A DNA stretch of 64,000 nt from NCBI GenBank assembly GCA_964476835.1, contig CAYZCE010000008.1, positions 512 through 64,511 on the forward strand. Reading direction: 5' to 3'. The DNA is from an uncultured Rhodospirillaceae bacterium (lineage in GTDB: Bacteria; Pseudomonadota; Alphaproteobacteria; Micavibrionales; UBA2020). The position numbers were made by a program, and so were the translations under genes. The notes beneath the pieces are model-generated. The model made no database searches and had not been told where the DNA came from. It was given only the letters and a program-made list of their open reading frames with translations. Positions 30,901 to 38,098 of the stretch are shown here, one piece after another. Within the stretch, counting starts at the first letter, position 1. Every line of letters begins with the position of its first letter.

Positions 30901-31834
30901 CACGCTTAACATGATCAACAACGCGCTCAACCTCAACAGCATGCACCTCGACGAAGTGCGCCAGACCGGCCTTTCCGGCGGCACGGCGGTGCGCGGCATG
31001 CAGTTCTGGACGCAGGCCTTCGGCCAGACGGCAAACCAGGGCATGCGCGGCGGCGATGCGGGTTTCGAGGCGGATACGGCGGGCTTTGCGGCCGGCATCG
31101 ATTCCGAGAACCTCGTGAAGAACGCGGTGATCGGCGCGGCCGTCGACTACGGCCACACCAACGTCAACTCCAGCAACGGCAACAGCACCGGCGCCGACAT
31201 CAACAGCTACCAGCTGACGGCCTACGGCGAGTACGACTTCGGCAACAAGACCTACTTCAACGCGCAGGCGTCTTATGCGTTCAACAAGACCGACGTTGTG
31301 CGCTACGACGTCGGCGGCCTCGGCGGCTTGACGGCGCGCGGTAGCTTCGATGCCGACCAATACGCGTTGCGCGCTGAAACCGGCCACAGCTTCCAGGCCG
31401 GCGCGACCACGCTGACGCCCAAGGCGCTGGCGCACTGGGCGCACTACAGCCCCGACGACTACACCGAAACCGGCGCGGGCGGCGCGAGCCTTGCGGTCAA
31501 CCAGAAGTCGATGGACATCTTCGAGCTGGGCGGCGGCCTCGACGCCAGCTGGAAGTTCCGCCGCGACGACGGCGCCGAAGTGGTGCCGGCGATCCGCGCG
31601 GGATACCGCTATGACCTCATCGGCGACAGCGTCGCCTCGACGTCGACCTTCGCGGGCGGCGGCACGGCCTTCAGCACCGAAGGCGCAAGCCCGGCGCGCG
31701 GCACCGCCACGCTCGGCGCAGGCCTCAAGTACGCGCTGCCCAACGCGGTCGACCTGACGCTCAATTACGATTTCGAGCACAAGGCCGACTATAATTCCAA
31801 CTCGGGCTACCTTCGCGTCGGGTACAGCTTTTGA
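27977..31834 (+). CDS. autotransporter outer-membrane protein 1 (large Gly/Thr/Asp/Asn-rich passenger + C-terminal beta-barrel)
   Basis: Signal-like MKTSLLAGVALMCLVATGARA-DN. Passenger of about 950 aa. C-terminal ~280 aa has the autotransporter beta-domain pattern (MQFWTQAFGQ..., alternating hydrophobic strands, terminal YLRVGYSF). Start ambiguous (27977, 27998 or 28022). Confidence 0.85.
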   Translation: MNKDRPSMTSRSARAMKTSLLAGVALMCLVATGARADNFITDGETVSADHINASWDIYGTGLPDNTANITINSIGNTVTLGAFNSYAAFQFDPTPDADPDLIGALTVIGGNAVTFDGFIDGSHGGITLTSAATNLTFHDDITNNVAITIGDDANAVAATFMLADQSISGLAGGYDLNVSATIDAGGTAPENAAINVVNNTGSYHTVIFSSDLGSQGALGAITVGADTVSTGVDFGGNVDATNITLGGWSTQGDTNFAIFGNAVAAPTVVTADIDGAEYESAVDDISEENTGGNWVGVEGGADVTFTGAIGSKISAVLLGLGGDGTEDTSATFTDDVATSIILNTTGISENNHFDSDYATPPNDSLTIDATGGDITVSGTILNAVFYNNPSYSTPEELMDSLTGTVILTGGTIGTPREINVGAIDFVNTLNVGDYTTVNLAGDSTSHDGMDWEMYSNDIYGNSILLLNVAMQDHSVINLTTPGGSILEAIVSSTGGTVNVGEDSAALFDGDTSTAVNLQGANASVGFDSFPGNPAVSVVTSDIVSSIADVSERGQTRTVSFNDVDFQGTLSFGDANDTLHIENMTLDGPVDLGYGANHVELANGGAISNSTSDPDITFGSGTSVLKLTAATFDGAVAHSGTGGVVLDLHGGCPTSDPCAAIGADATFEDLTDVDVTDDISVVQAALAPANGTSITSSGTLIINGGSASLAGDVRGDSTGTLAFSNGSFSNPASGGVYSSVSLALDNATFTTATATDTGIDSLHAISVLDGSTFNVNADVSSADALTVDNSTVNIAAGKTLAAGSMNGMTDGTLSFGLDDDGTAGRLTLTDGGIILQGATVKIDLTSPSTFSLTTPVLLATGTATLIGFDGSDGQAATEIGANTALWTFYVEDGTYAGGDDTQLYVVAERDGPSIAEVGAEHSPSNASVGATFDGLSATTDPQLLAILTKINAAPTDAAINAILSSVKPTGNGAAAGTLNMINNALNLNSMHLDEVRQTGLSGGTAVRGMQFWTQAFGQTANQGMRGGDAGFEADTAGFAAGIDSENLVKNAVIGAAVDYGHTNVNSSNGNSTGADINSYQLTAYGEYDFGNKTYFNAQASYAFNKTDVVRYDVGGLGGLTARGSFDADQYALRAETGHSFQAGATTLTPKALAHWAHYSPDDYTETGAGGASLAVNQKSMDIFELGGGLDASWKFRRDDGAEVVPAIRAGYRYDLIGDSVASTSTFAGGGTAFSTEGASPARGTATLGAGLKYALPNAVDLTLNYDFEHKADYNSNSGYLRVGYSF

Positions 31835-31878
31835 CGGAAAAAAGGCATCAGCGGGCGCCGAACGCCTATCTCCAGGAC

Positions 31879-33225
31879 ATGCGCGGCGATGCGGCGGAGG
31901 TCGCGTGGCCAGCGTTGCTGACCTCGGCGCGTGCCTCTCTCGTTGCGCTGCTGTACCAGATGGAAGACACGCAATGGCTGCCGGCGGATGTCTTCGTCCA
32001 GAACCAGATGCGGCAGGTCGGCAAGCTGGTGGCGCATGCCGCCACGCAGTCGCCATTCTTCCGCCAGCGGCTTGAAAAGGCCGGGCTGAAGCCGGAAGAC
32101 CTCGCGACGCCGGAAGGTTTCCGTCGCCTGCCGCCGATGACGCGCCGCGACATCCAGGATGCGCAAGAGACGCTCTTCTGCGCTTCATCGCCGCCGACGC
32201 ATATGCCGGCCTGGGAGGCGACGACCTCCGGCTCGACGGGCGAGAAGGTGAAGGTCCGCAAGACCCAGCTAAGCAGCCTTTATTGGGTCGCGCTGACATT
32301 GCGCGGGCATTTCTGGTATGCGCGCGACATGAAGAAGCGGCTGATGGCCGTGCGCGACGGCATCCCCGAGGTGCAGAACGCGCCGGACTGGGGCTTCCCG
32401 ATCAGCCAGCTGTTCGACAGCGGGCCGATGCGCATCGTGCCGGGCTGGACGCCCGCGCCGGAATACGAGCGCCATATCCGCGATTTCCGTCCGCACTACC
32501 TGATCGCCTACCCGAGCGTGCTCGCCGCCATCATGGAAGAAAGCCGGCGCAAGAATATGCCGATCGAGGGCGTCGAGCACGTCATGACGATCGGCGAGCG
32601 CCTGTCGCCCGAACAGGCACAGGATATCGCGGCCTTCTTCAACGCGCGCGTCATCGACGTTTATTCTTCCACCGAGACGGGAAACACGGCGGTGCAATGT
32701 CCGGAAAGCGGGCTGTATCACGTGATGGGCGAAAGCGTGCTGCTTGAGATCCTCGACGACAAGGGCAACCCTTGCGCAGCCGGCGAAGTCGGGAAAGTCG
32801 TCATGACGGACCTGAGCAATTACGCGACGCCGATGATCCGCTATGCGATCGGCGACTATGCCGAAGCGGGCGGCGCCTGCTCTTGCGGGCGCGCGCTGCC
32901 GACGGTCAAGCGCTTCCTCGGGCGCGAACGCAACCTCGCACTGCGCCCGGACGGCACCAAATACTGGCCGGTCATCGGCGCCGTCATGTTCCACGAAGTC
33001 GCATCCGAGGTCCGGCAGGCGCAGTTCGTCCAGCTTGACCGCAACACGCTGGAAGTGCGGCTCTCCACCGATGCGCCCGTCGCCCCGGCACAGGAGGAAC
33101 GCTTCCGGGAGATGATATATAAGGCGCTCGGTTGCCGTTATACCGTTAATTTCGTTTATTTTTCCGACCGCCTGCCGGCGTCGTCGAACGGCAAGTTCGA
33201 CGATTTTATTTGCCAAGCGAGCTAG
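31879..33225 (+). CDS. adenylate-forming enzyme of the phenylacetate-CoA ligase / coenzyme F390 synthetase (PaaK/CapK-like) family
   Basis: Motifs TTSGSTGEKV (A3), VYSSTETG (A5), IRYAIGDY (A8) and SSNGKFDDF (A10 Lys). ATG 31879 has AGGA just upstream. An alternative TTG at 31831 would overlap the autotransporter stop by 4 nt. Confidence 0.8.
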   Translation: MRGDAAEVAWPALLTSARASLVALLYQMEDTQWLPADVFVQNQMRQVGKLVAHAATQSPFFRQRLEKAGLKPEDLATPEGFRRLPPMTRRDIQDAQETLFCASSPPTHMPAWEATTSGSTGEKVKVRKTQLSSLYWVALTLRGHFWYARDMKKRLMAVRDGIPEVQNAPDWGFPISQLFDSGPMRIVPGWTPAPEYERHIRDFRPHYLIAYPSVLAAIMEESRRKNMPIEGVEHVMTIGERLSPEQAQDIAAFFNARVIDVYSSTETGNTAVQCPESGLYHVMGESVLLEILDDKGNPCAAGEVGKVVMTDLSNYATPMIRYAIGDYAEAGGACSCGRALPTVKRFLGRERNLALRPDGTKYWPVIGAVMFHEVASEVRQAQFVQLDRNTLEVRLSTDAPVAPAQEERFREMIYKALGCRYTVNFVYFSDRLPASSNGKFDDFICQAS

Positions 33226-33320
33226 AGTTTCGTAAAAAGGCGCCTCTCAAAAAAGCCCCCCTCGGCTAGAATCAGGCTGACTGATTTGTGACGAATAATA
33301 ACAACGAAAAAGTAACGCAC

Positions 33321-35711
33321 ATGATGTCACCCTTTCTCCGCAAAGCCCTTTTCGCAGGCTCGGCCCTTGTCGCCTTGGGCGCGGCAGTGCCCGCGCAGGC
33401 TTCGACGCAAATCGTCAACGGCAGCGACATCGTCGTCAACAGCGACCCTAACGCGACGCCCGCGATCGAGTTCCAGTCGGACAACATCGCCACCATCAAC
33501 GGCGGCGTCAACATCACGGGCACCATCGTCGCGGATGCGCCGTCCACCGGCATCCTCCGCTTCCTCGGCTCTACCATCGTCGAAGGCGACGTCGGCAGCG
33601 CGACCAATGCGCTGAACCGCATCGACCTCTTCACCCAGATCGAGTTCAAGGGTGTGGTCTATACCGATGGCTTCGCAGGCCCCTTGGATGATGCGGAAGT
33701 CACCTTCGACCAAGACGTCTATGCCCTGTTGAACGGCCTCAACTTCGGCACCAGCCCGACGTCGGGCACCGTCAACCTCGCCGACGGCGTGACGTTCCAT
33801 GGCGATATCGTCAACACCGTCTCGTCCGAAGGCGGGCAGAGCGGCGGCATCCTGACCTTGTGGGGCGACGGCGTAGTGACCGGCATCGTCGGCGGCGGCC
33901 CCGGCAGGCCGCTCGACACCATCAACGCCGGCGTTGACGGGTCTTCGTCGACGTTTGAAAACACAGTCATGACGGCCACGGCGAACATCACCGGCGACGG
34001 CACGGTGACCTTCGACCAAAGCGTCGAGACGTCCGGCGTCAACTTCCTCGCCAACGGCACGGTCGTGCTCACCTACGGCTATAGCCTGAGCGGCCCCGAA
34101 GGCGGCAACACCCTAATGGTCGGCGCAGAAGCGGCGCCGCCGGGCGGCGGACATGGCAACGTCCTCATCCAGGGCGGCGACAATGGCACTTTCAATTTGC
34201 ACAGCAGCCTCGGCGGCCTCAACTCCCTGACGCTGGACGGCACGGGCAATACGACGACGGTCACCGGCAACGTCAATTCGATCAACGCCATCTACCTCGG
34301 CACCAACAGCCTCGTCATCAACGGCGGTTTCACCGAAGCGGCGGGTGATGCGATTTACGCGACGATCACGGGCGAAGTGGGCAGCACGCTGACCGGCGGC
34401 AACATCACCGTCGCCGGATCTGAGGGCGGCGGCACCGTGAACCTCGACATCTCGCCGTCGACGGCCGTCTACCTCGCCAACAACAGCCCCAGCGTCCACG
34501 CGGGCGACGTCTATACGCTTGTGACCTGCGCCACCGCCTGCAGCGCGGCGATCGGCACCGGCATCACGCCGGTCTCGCCGGGGCTTTCGTTCACGCAAGT
34601 CACCTCGGACCCGAACGTGCTGGCCTTCACGGTCAGCGCCGTCACGCCTGCGGGCGGCCTCAGCAATGCGCCCTTGTTCTACATGGCCGACCTGCCGCTC
34701 GAGGTGCTCGACGTGACGAGCGACGAATTGATGGCCGTGCGCGACGGCAACCCGGCGGTGGCCAGCGCGATGACTGGCATGTCCGCCGGTTACGCCGCGC
34801 CCAACGTCATCTACTTCAGCATGCCGTCGGGTTACAGGACCATCGGCGACCGGGACGGCAAGTCGCCCGTCGTCAACACCACCAACGCATGGATGCAGGC
34901 CTACGGCCAGCTGACGACGCAGGACACGCATGACGGCTATGCCGGCTATCACGCGATCGCGCGCGGCATGAGCGCCGGCGTGGACACGATTTCCCTGATC
35001 AAGGACACCATCGTCGGCATCGCGGCGAACTTCATTTCCGCCGACCTCAAGTCGAAGAACAACGAGAAGGCCGAAGTCGAGAGCCGCGGCATCATCGTCT
35101 ACGGCGGCCATGAACTGCCCTACAACCTCTTCACGCGCGCGCAGGCGGGTTATTCCTACAACACGGTCACGACGAAACGCTACAATTCCGACGGCGTCGG
35201 CGGCGAGTCCGACGGCAACTACGGCGCGGACCAATACTACGCGAAAGCCCTCGTCGGGCGCGATTACGTGACGAACAACGGCACGATCCTGACGCCCAAC
35301 GTCGTCGCCGACTATATCGGCCTGCACACGCAGGATTACACCGAGACCGGCTCGAGCCTGAGCAACCTGTCGATCGCCAGCGAGACCTTCAGCCAGTTGC
35401 GCGCCGGGCCCGGCCTCGACATGGCGTGGCGCATGCAGAACGCGAACGGCGGCGTCTTCCAGCCGTTGCTGCGCGTGCTCTACCAATACGACATCCTCGG
35501 CAACCGCCAGAGCACGGCCGCGACACCGGTGGGCGGCGGCGGCGCCATCATCGCCGACGGGCCGTCTCCCGCGCGCAACATCATCCGCCTCGGCGCGCAG
35601 GCGACGTACATGACGGTCGCGGGCTGGGATATTTCCGCCCGCTACGACTTCACGTACAAGACGGACTATCACGCCAACGACGGACTGCTGCGCGCGACCC
35701 TGCACTTCTGA
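33321..35711 (+). CDS. autotransporter outer-membrane protein 2 (paralog of 27977..31834)
   Basis: MMSPFLRKALFAGSALVALGAAVPAQA-STQ signal. Gly/Thr/Asn-rich passenger. Beta-domain begins around NAWMQAYGQ and ends LLRATLHF. Start at 33321/33324, or GTG at 33288. Confidence 0.85.
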   Translation: MMSPFLRKALFAGSALVALGAAVPAQASTQIVNGSDIVVNSDPNATPAIEFQSDNIATINGGVNITGTIVADAPSTGILRFLGSTIVEGDVGSATNALNRIDLFTQIEFKGVVYTDGFAGPLDDAEVTFDQDVYALLNGLNFGTSPTSGTVNLADGVTFHGDIVNTVSSEGGQSGGILTLWGDGVVTGIVGGGPGRPLDTINAGVDGSSSTFENTVMTATANITGDGTVTFDQSVETSGVNFLANGTVVLTYGYSLSGPEGGNTLMVGAEAAPPGGGHGNVLIQGGDNGTFNLHSSLGGLNSLTLDGTGNTTTVTGNVNSINAIYLGTNSLVINGGFTEAAGDAIYATITGEVGSTLTGGNITVAGSEGGGTVNLDISPSTAVYLANNSPSVHAGDVYTLVTCATACSAAIGTGITPVSPGLSFTQVTSDPNVLAFTVSAVTPAGGLSNAPLFYMADLPLEVLDVTSDELMAVRDGNPAVASAMTGMSAGYAAPNVIYFSMPSGYRTIGDRDGKSPVVNTTNAWMQAYGQLTTQDTHDGYAGYHAIARGMSAGVDTISLIKDTIVGIAANFISADLKSKNNEKAEVESRGIIVYGGHELPYNLFTRAQAGYSYNTVTTKRYNSDGVGGESDGNYGADQYYAKALVGRDYVTNNGTILTPNVVADYIGLHTQDYTETGSSLSNLSIASETFSQLRAGPGLDMAWRMQNANGGVFQPLLRVLYQYDILGNRQSTAATPVGGGGAIIADGPSPARNIIRLGAQATYMTVAGWDISARYDFTYKTDYHANDGLLRATLHF

Positions 35712-35800
35712 TTTTTTCATAAGCATAGGCTGAAAAAACCGCTGTATTTGCAGGCGTTCCCGGGTTATTTTTGTCGTAACCTCAATTTTACCGGGCGACC

Positions 35801-36412
35801 ATGTCTGTCACACTGCACCAGGGCGATCTTCCTGCGGGAATTTCATTCGGCGACGTCGTCGCCGTCGATACCGAAATGATGGGGCTGCGCCCCGCGCGCG
35901 ACCGCCTCTGCCTCGTGCAGTTGTCGGCGGGCGACGGCAGCGCGCATATCGTGCAGCTGAAGAAGGGTGACTATGCCGCGCCGAACCTGCGCAAGCTGCT
36001 GACCGACCCGAGTGTGACCAAGCTCTTCCACTTCGCGCGTTCCGACATCGCGTCCATCTACGCATGGCTCGGCGTCCTCTGCGCGCCGGTCTATTGCACC
36101 AAGCTGGCGTCGCGCCTGGCGCGCACCTATACGCAGCACCATTCGCTCAAGACCGTCTGCTCTGAACTGCTCGGCGTCGAACTCGACAAGCAGCAGCAGG
36201 CGACCAACTGGGGCGCGGAGACGCTGACGCCGGAGCAGGTGGCCTACGCCGCTTCCGACGTGCTCTACCTGCACCGCATCAAGGAAAAGCTCGACGCCAT
36301 GCTGGCGCAGGAAAGCCGCCGCGCGCTGGCGGATGAATGTTTCCGCTTCCTGCCCGCGCGCGCGTTGCTCGACCTTGCCGGCTGGGACAACGAAGACATT
36401 TTCGCGCATTGA
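35801..36412 (+). CDS. ribonuclease D-like DEDD 3'-5' exonuclease (short form)
   Basis: 203 aa. ExoI VAVDTEMMGL, ExoII KLFHFARSDI and ExoIII QVAYAASDVLYLHRI. Confidence 0.87.
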   Translation: MSVTLHQGDLPAGISFGDVVAVDTEMMGLRPARDRLCLVQLSAGDGSAHIVQLKKGDYAAPNLRKLLTDPSVTKLFHFARSDIASIYAWLGVLCAPVYCTKLASRLARTYTQHHSLKTVCSELLGVELDKQQQATNWGAETLTPEQVAYAASDVLYLHRIKEKLDAMLAQESRRALADECFRFLPARALLDLAGWDNEDIFAH

Positions 36413-37194
36413 TGGAAACGCAGGACAACAGCAGCGCGCAGAACCTTCCGGCCCTTGCGCCCGTGTTCAACGATGCGGCGCAGGCCGCCCTGCGCCTTGC
36501 CGCGCAAGACGAAAACATCGCGCATATCGCCGCCATCCTGAAGCAATATCCCGGCGCGGCCGCCACCTATACGGCGCAGCAGGTGCTGATGGAATCCATC
36601 GAGGAATGCAAGGTCGCCGTCGCCCTCGCGCTGCTGGACGGCGGCGTCAGTCCCGACGACAGCCGCCGCAAGGGCGAGACGCCGCTGACCTTGGCCGTGC
36701 AATGCGGCTTGCCGGAAGTCGTCGAAAAAATCCTCGACATGGGCGGCGACGTGAACAAGGCGAATACCGACGGCTGCACGCCGTTCCTGCTTGCGGTATG
36801 GAAGGACAATTTGGCTGTCGCCCGCCAGCTGCACGCCCGCGGCGCCAATATCGACCGCCCCAACAGCAACGGGGAGACATCGCTGATCCTGGCGATCGCC
36901 CACAACTATGAAACGGCGGCGCGCTTCCTGCTCGCCGCGGGCGCCGATATCGCGCCGGTCGACCATGACGGCGTCTCGGCCCGTTCGGAGGCGAGAAAAT
37001 ATCTGGAGAAGCCTGAGGGCGATCTCTATATCCGCCTGCTCGACATCAGCGTGGAAGACCGCCGCCGCGCCGCCGAAGCCGCCATCGAGGCGGAGAAGTG
37101 CGCCATCAGCGAAAACACCCTGGGGCGGTTGCAGCAATGTGCCGGGGGTGGGGCAGCATTCCGCCGGAAATCTCCGCCGCCGGGACCGCAATAG
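36412..37194 (+). CDS. ankyrin repeat protein 1 (260 aa)
   Basis: The ATG overlaps the stop of the upstream exonuclease gene (TGATG). ANK repeats such as KGETPLTLAVQCGLPEVVEKILDMGGDVNKANTDGCTPFLLAV and NGETSLILAIAHNYETAARFLLAAGADI. The tail is AAFRRKSPPPGPQ. Confidence 0.85.
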   Translation: METQDNSSAQNLPALAPVFNDAAQAALRLAAQDENIAHIAAILKQYPGAAATYTAQQVLMESIEECKVAVALALLDGGVSPDDSRRKGETPLTLAVQCGLPEVVEKILDMGGDVNKANTDGCTPFLLAVWKDNLAVARQLHARGANIDRPNSNGETSLILAIAHNYETAARFLLAAGADIAPVDHDGVSARSEARKYLEKPEGDLYIRLLDISVEDRRRAAEAAIEAEKCAISENTLGRLQQCAGGGAAFRRKSPPPGPQ

Positions 37195-37330
37195 GCTTTA
37201 TTTTTCATAATTTATAACTTTTTGCGATAAAATCCTGAATCCAGCTGTTTCGGCGCCCAGAAAAGACTGTCCATAACCACGGGGACGGCTTATTATTTCC
37301 CGATCAGAATCAAGGAAAAGCGAAATTTTC

Positions 37331-38098
37331 ATGACCGCGAAGAACGGCAAGAAAAAGAAGAAGCCCGCGCCGCGCAAGAAGCCGTCCGCGCCCGCGAAGG
37401 ATGACGGCAAGAAGAAGCCGAAGGCCGCATCGCCCTCCTTCAACAAGAAGGCCAAGACCCCCAAGCCGGGGCCGTCGCCGGAAGACATCAGCGACCTCAT
37501 GTCCTCGGTCGTCGCCGGCGTCAAGGATGAGGTTGTCGCCTTCGTCAAGAAATTCCCCGGTTTCGTCGATGTCAAGAGCGACGCTGACGAAACCACGGCG
37601 CTTTACAACGCCGCCTTCTGGGGCCAGGAAGAGATCGTGGCCGTCCTGCTGAAGGCGGGCGCCAAGCCCGACCTGCCCTGCACCAGCGGCGCCACGCCGA
37701 CACTGCGCGCGGCCGAGCGCGGGCATGAGGCGTCGCTTGAGCTGCTGCTCCGCGCCGGCGCCAATCCAAACCTGCAGGATGAAGACGGCGATACGGCGCT
37801 GTCGGCCGCGGCATACAGGAACGAACCGTCGTGCGCGCGCATGCTGATCGACTACAATGCCGACGTCACCATCGCCAATAACGACGGCAATACCGCGCTC
37901 GACATCGCGCGCGAGTACGAGCGCGATGCATTCACCGAACTTTTCGAGGCTGCCGCCGCCCGTCAGCAGGAAGCCCGCGCCAAGGCCGAAGAGCAGCGCA
38001 AGACCGACGCCAGCGCGAGCGCCATCGACCGCCTGAAGACCAACGCGCCCGCACCGCGCAGCGTGTTCGGCAAGAAGAACAAGCCGCCCAAGCCATGA
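37331..38098 (+). CDS. ankyrin repeat protein 2 with Lys/Pro-rich N-terminus (255 aa)
   Basis: N-terminus MTAKNGKKKKKPAPRKKPSAPAKDDGKKKPKAASPSFNKKAKTPKPGP. ANK repeats (SGATPTLRAAERGHEASLELLLRAGANPN, DGDTALSAAA, DGNTALDIA). The tail is SVFGKKNKPPKP. Confidence 0.88.
   Translation: MTAKNGKKKKKPAPRKKPSAPAKDDGKKKPKAASPSFNKKAKTPKPGPSPEDISDLMSSVVAGVKDEVVAFVKKFPGFVDVKSDADETTALYNAAFWGQEEIVAVLLKAGAKPDLPCTSGATPTLRAAERGHEASLELLLRAGANPNLQDEDGDTALSAAAYRNEPSCARMLIDYNADVTIANNDGNTALDIAREYERDAFTELFEAAAARQQEARAKAEEQRKTDASASAIDRLKTNAPAPRSVFGKKNKPPKP
38058..38093 (+). repeat. 36-nt exact direct repeat, copy 1 (3' end of ankyrin gene 2)
   Basis: GCAGCGTGTTCGGCAAGAAGAACAAGCCGCCCAAGC is identical to 38729-38764. 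It encodes SVFGKKNKPPK. Confidence 0.95.

Noticed and set aside
28031-32299. Two long minus-strand ORFs (28031-30022, 663 aa; 30371-32299, 642 aa) antisense to autotransporter 1 and the ligase
   Set aside because: Highly Arg/Asp/Gly/Ala/Val-biased translations with no domain features. The plus-strand frame has a signal peptide, a beta-barrel and a terminal aromatic residue.
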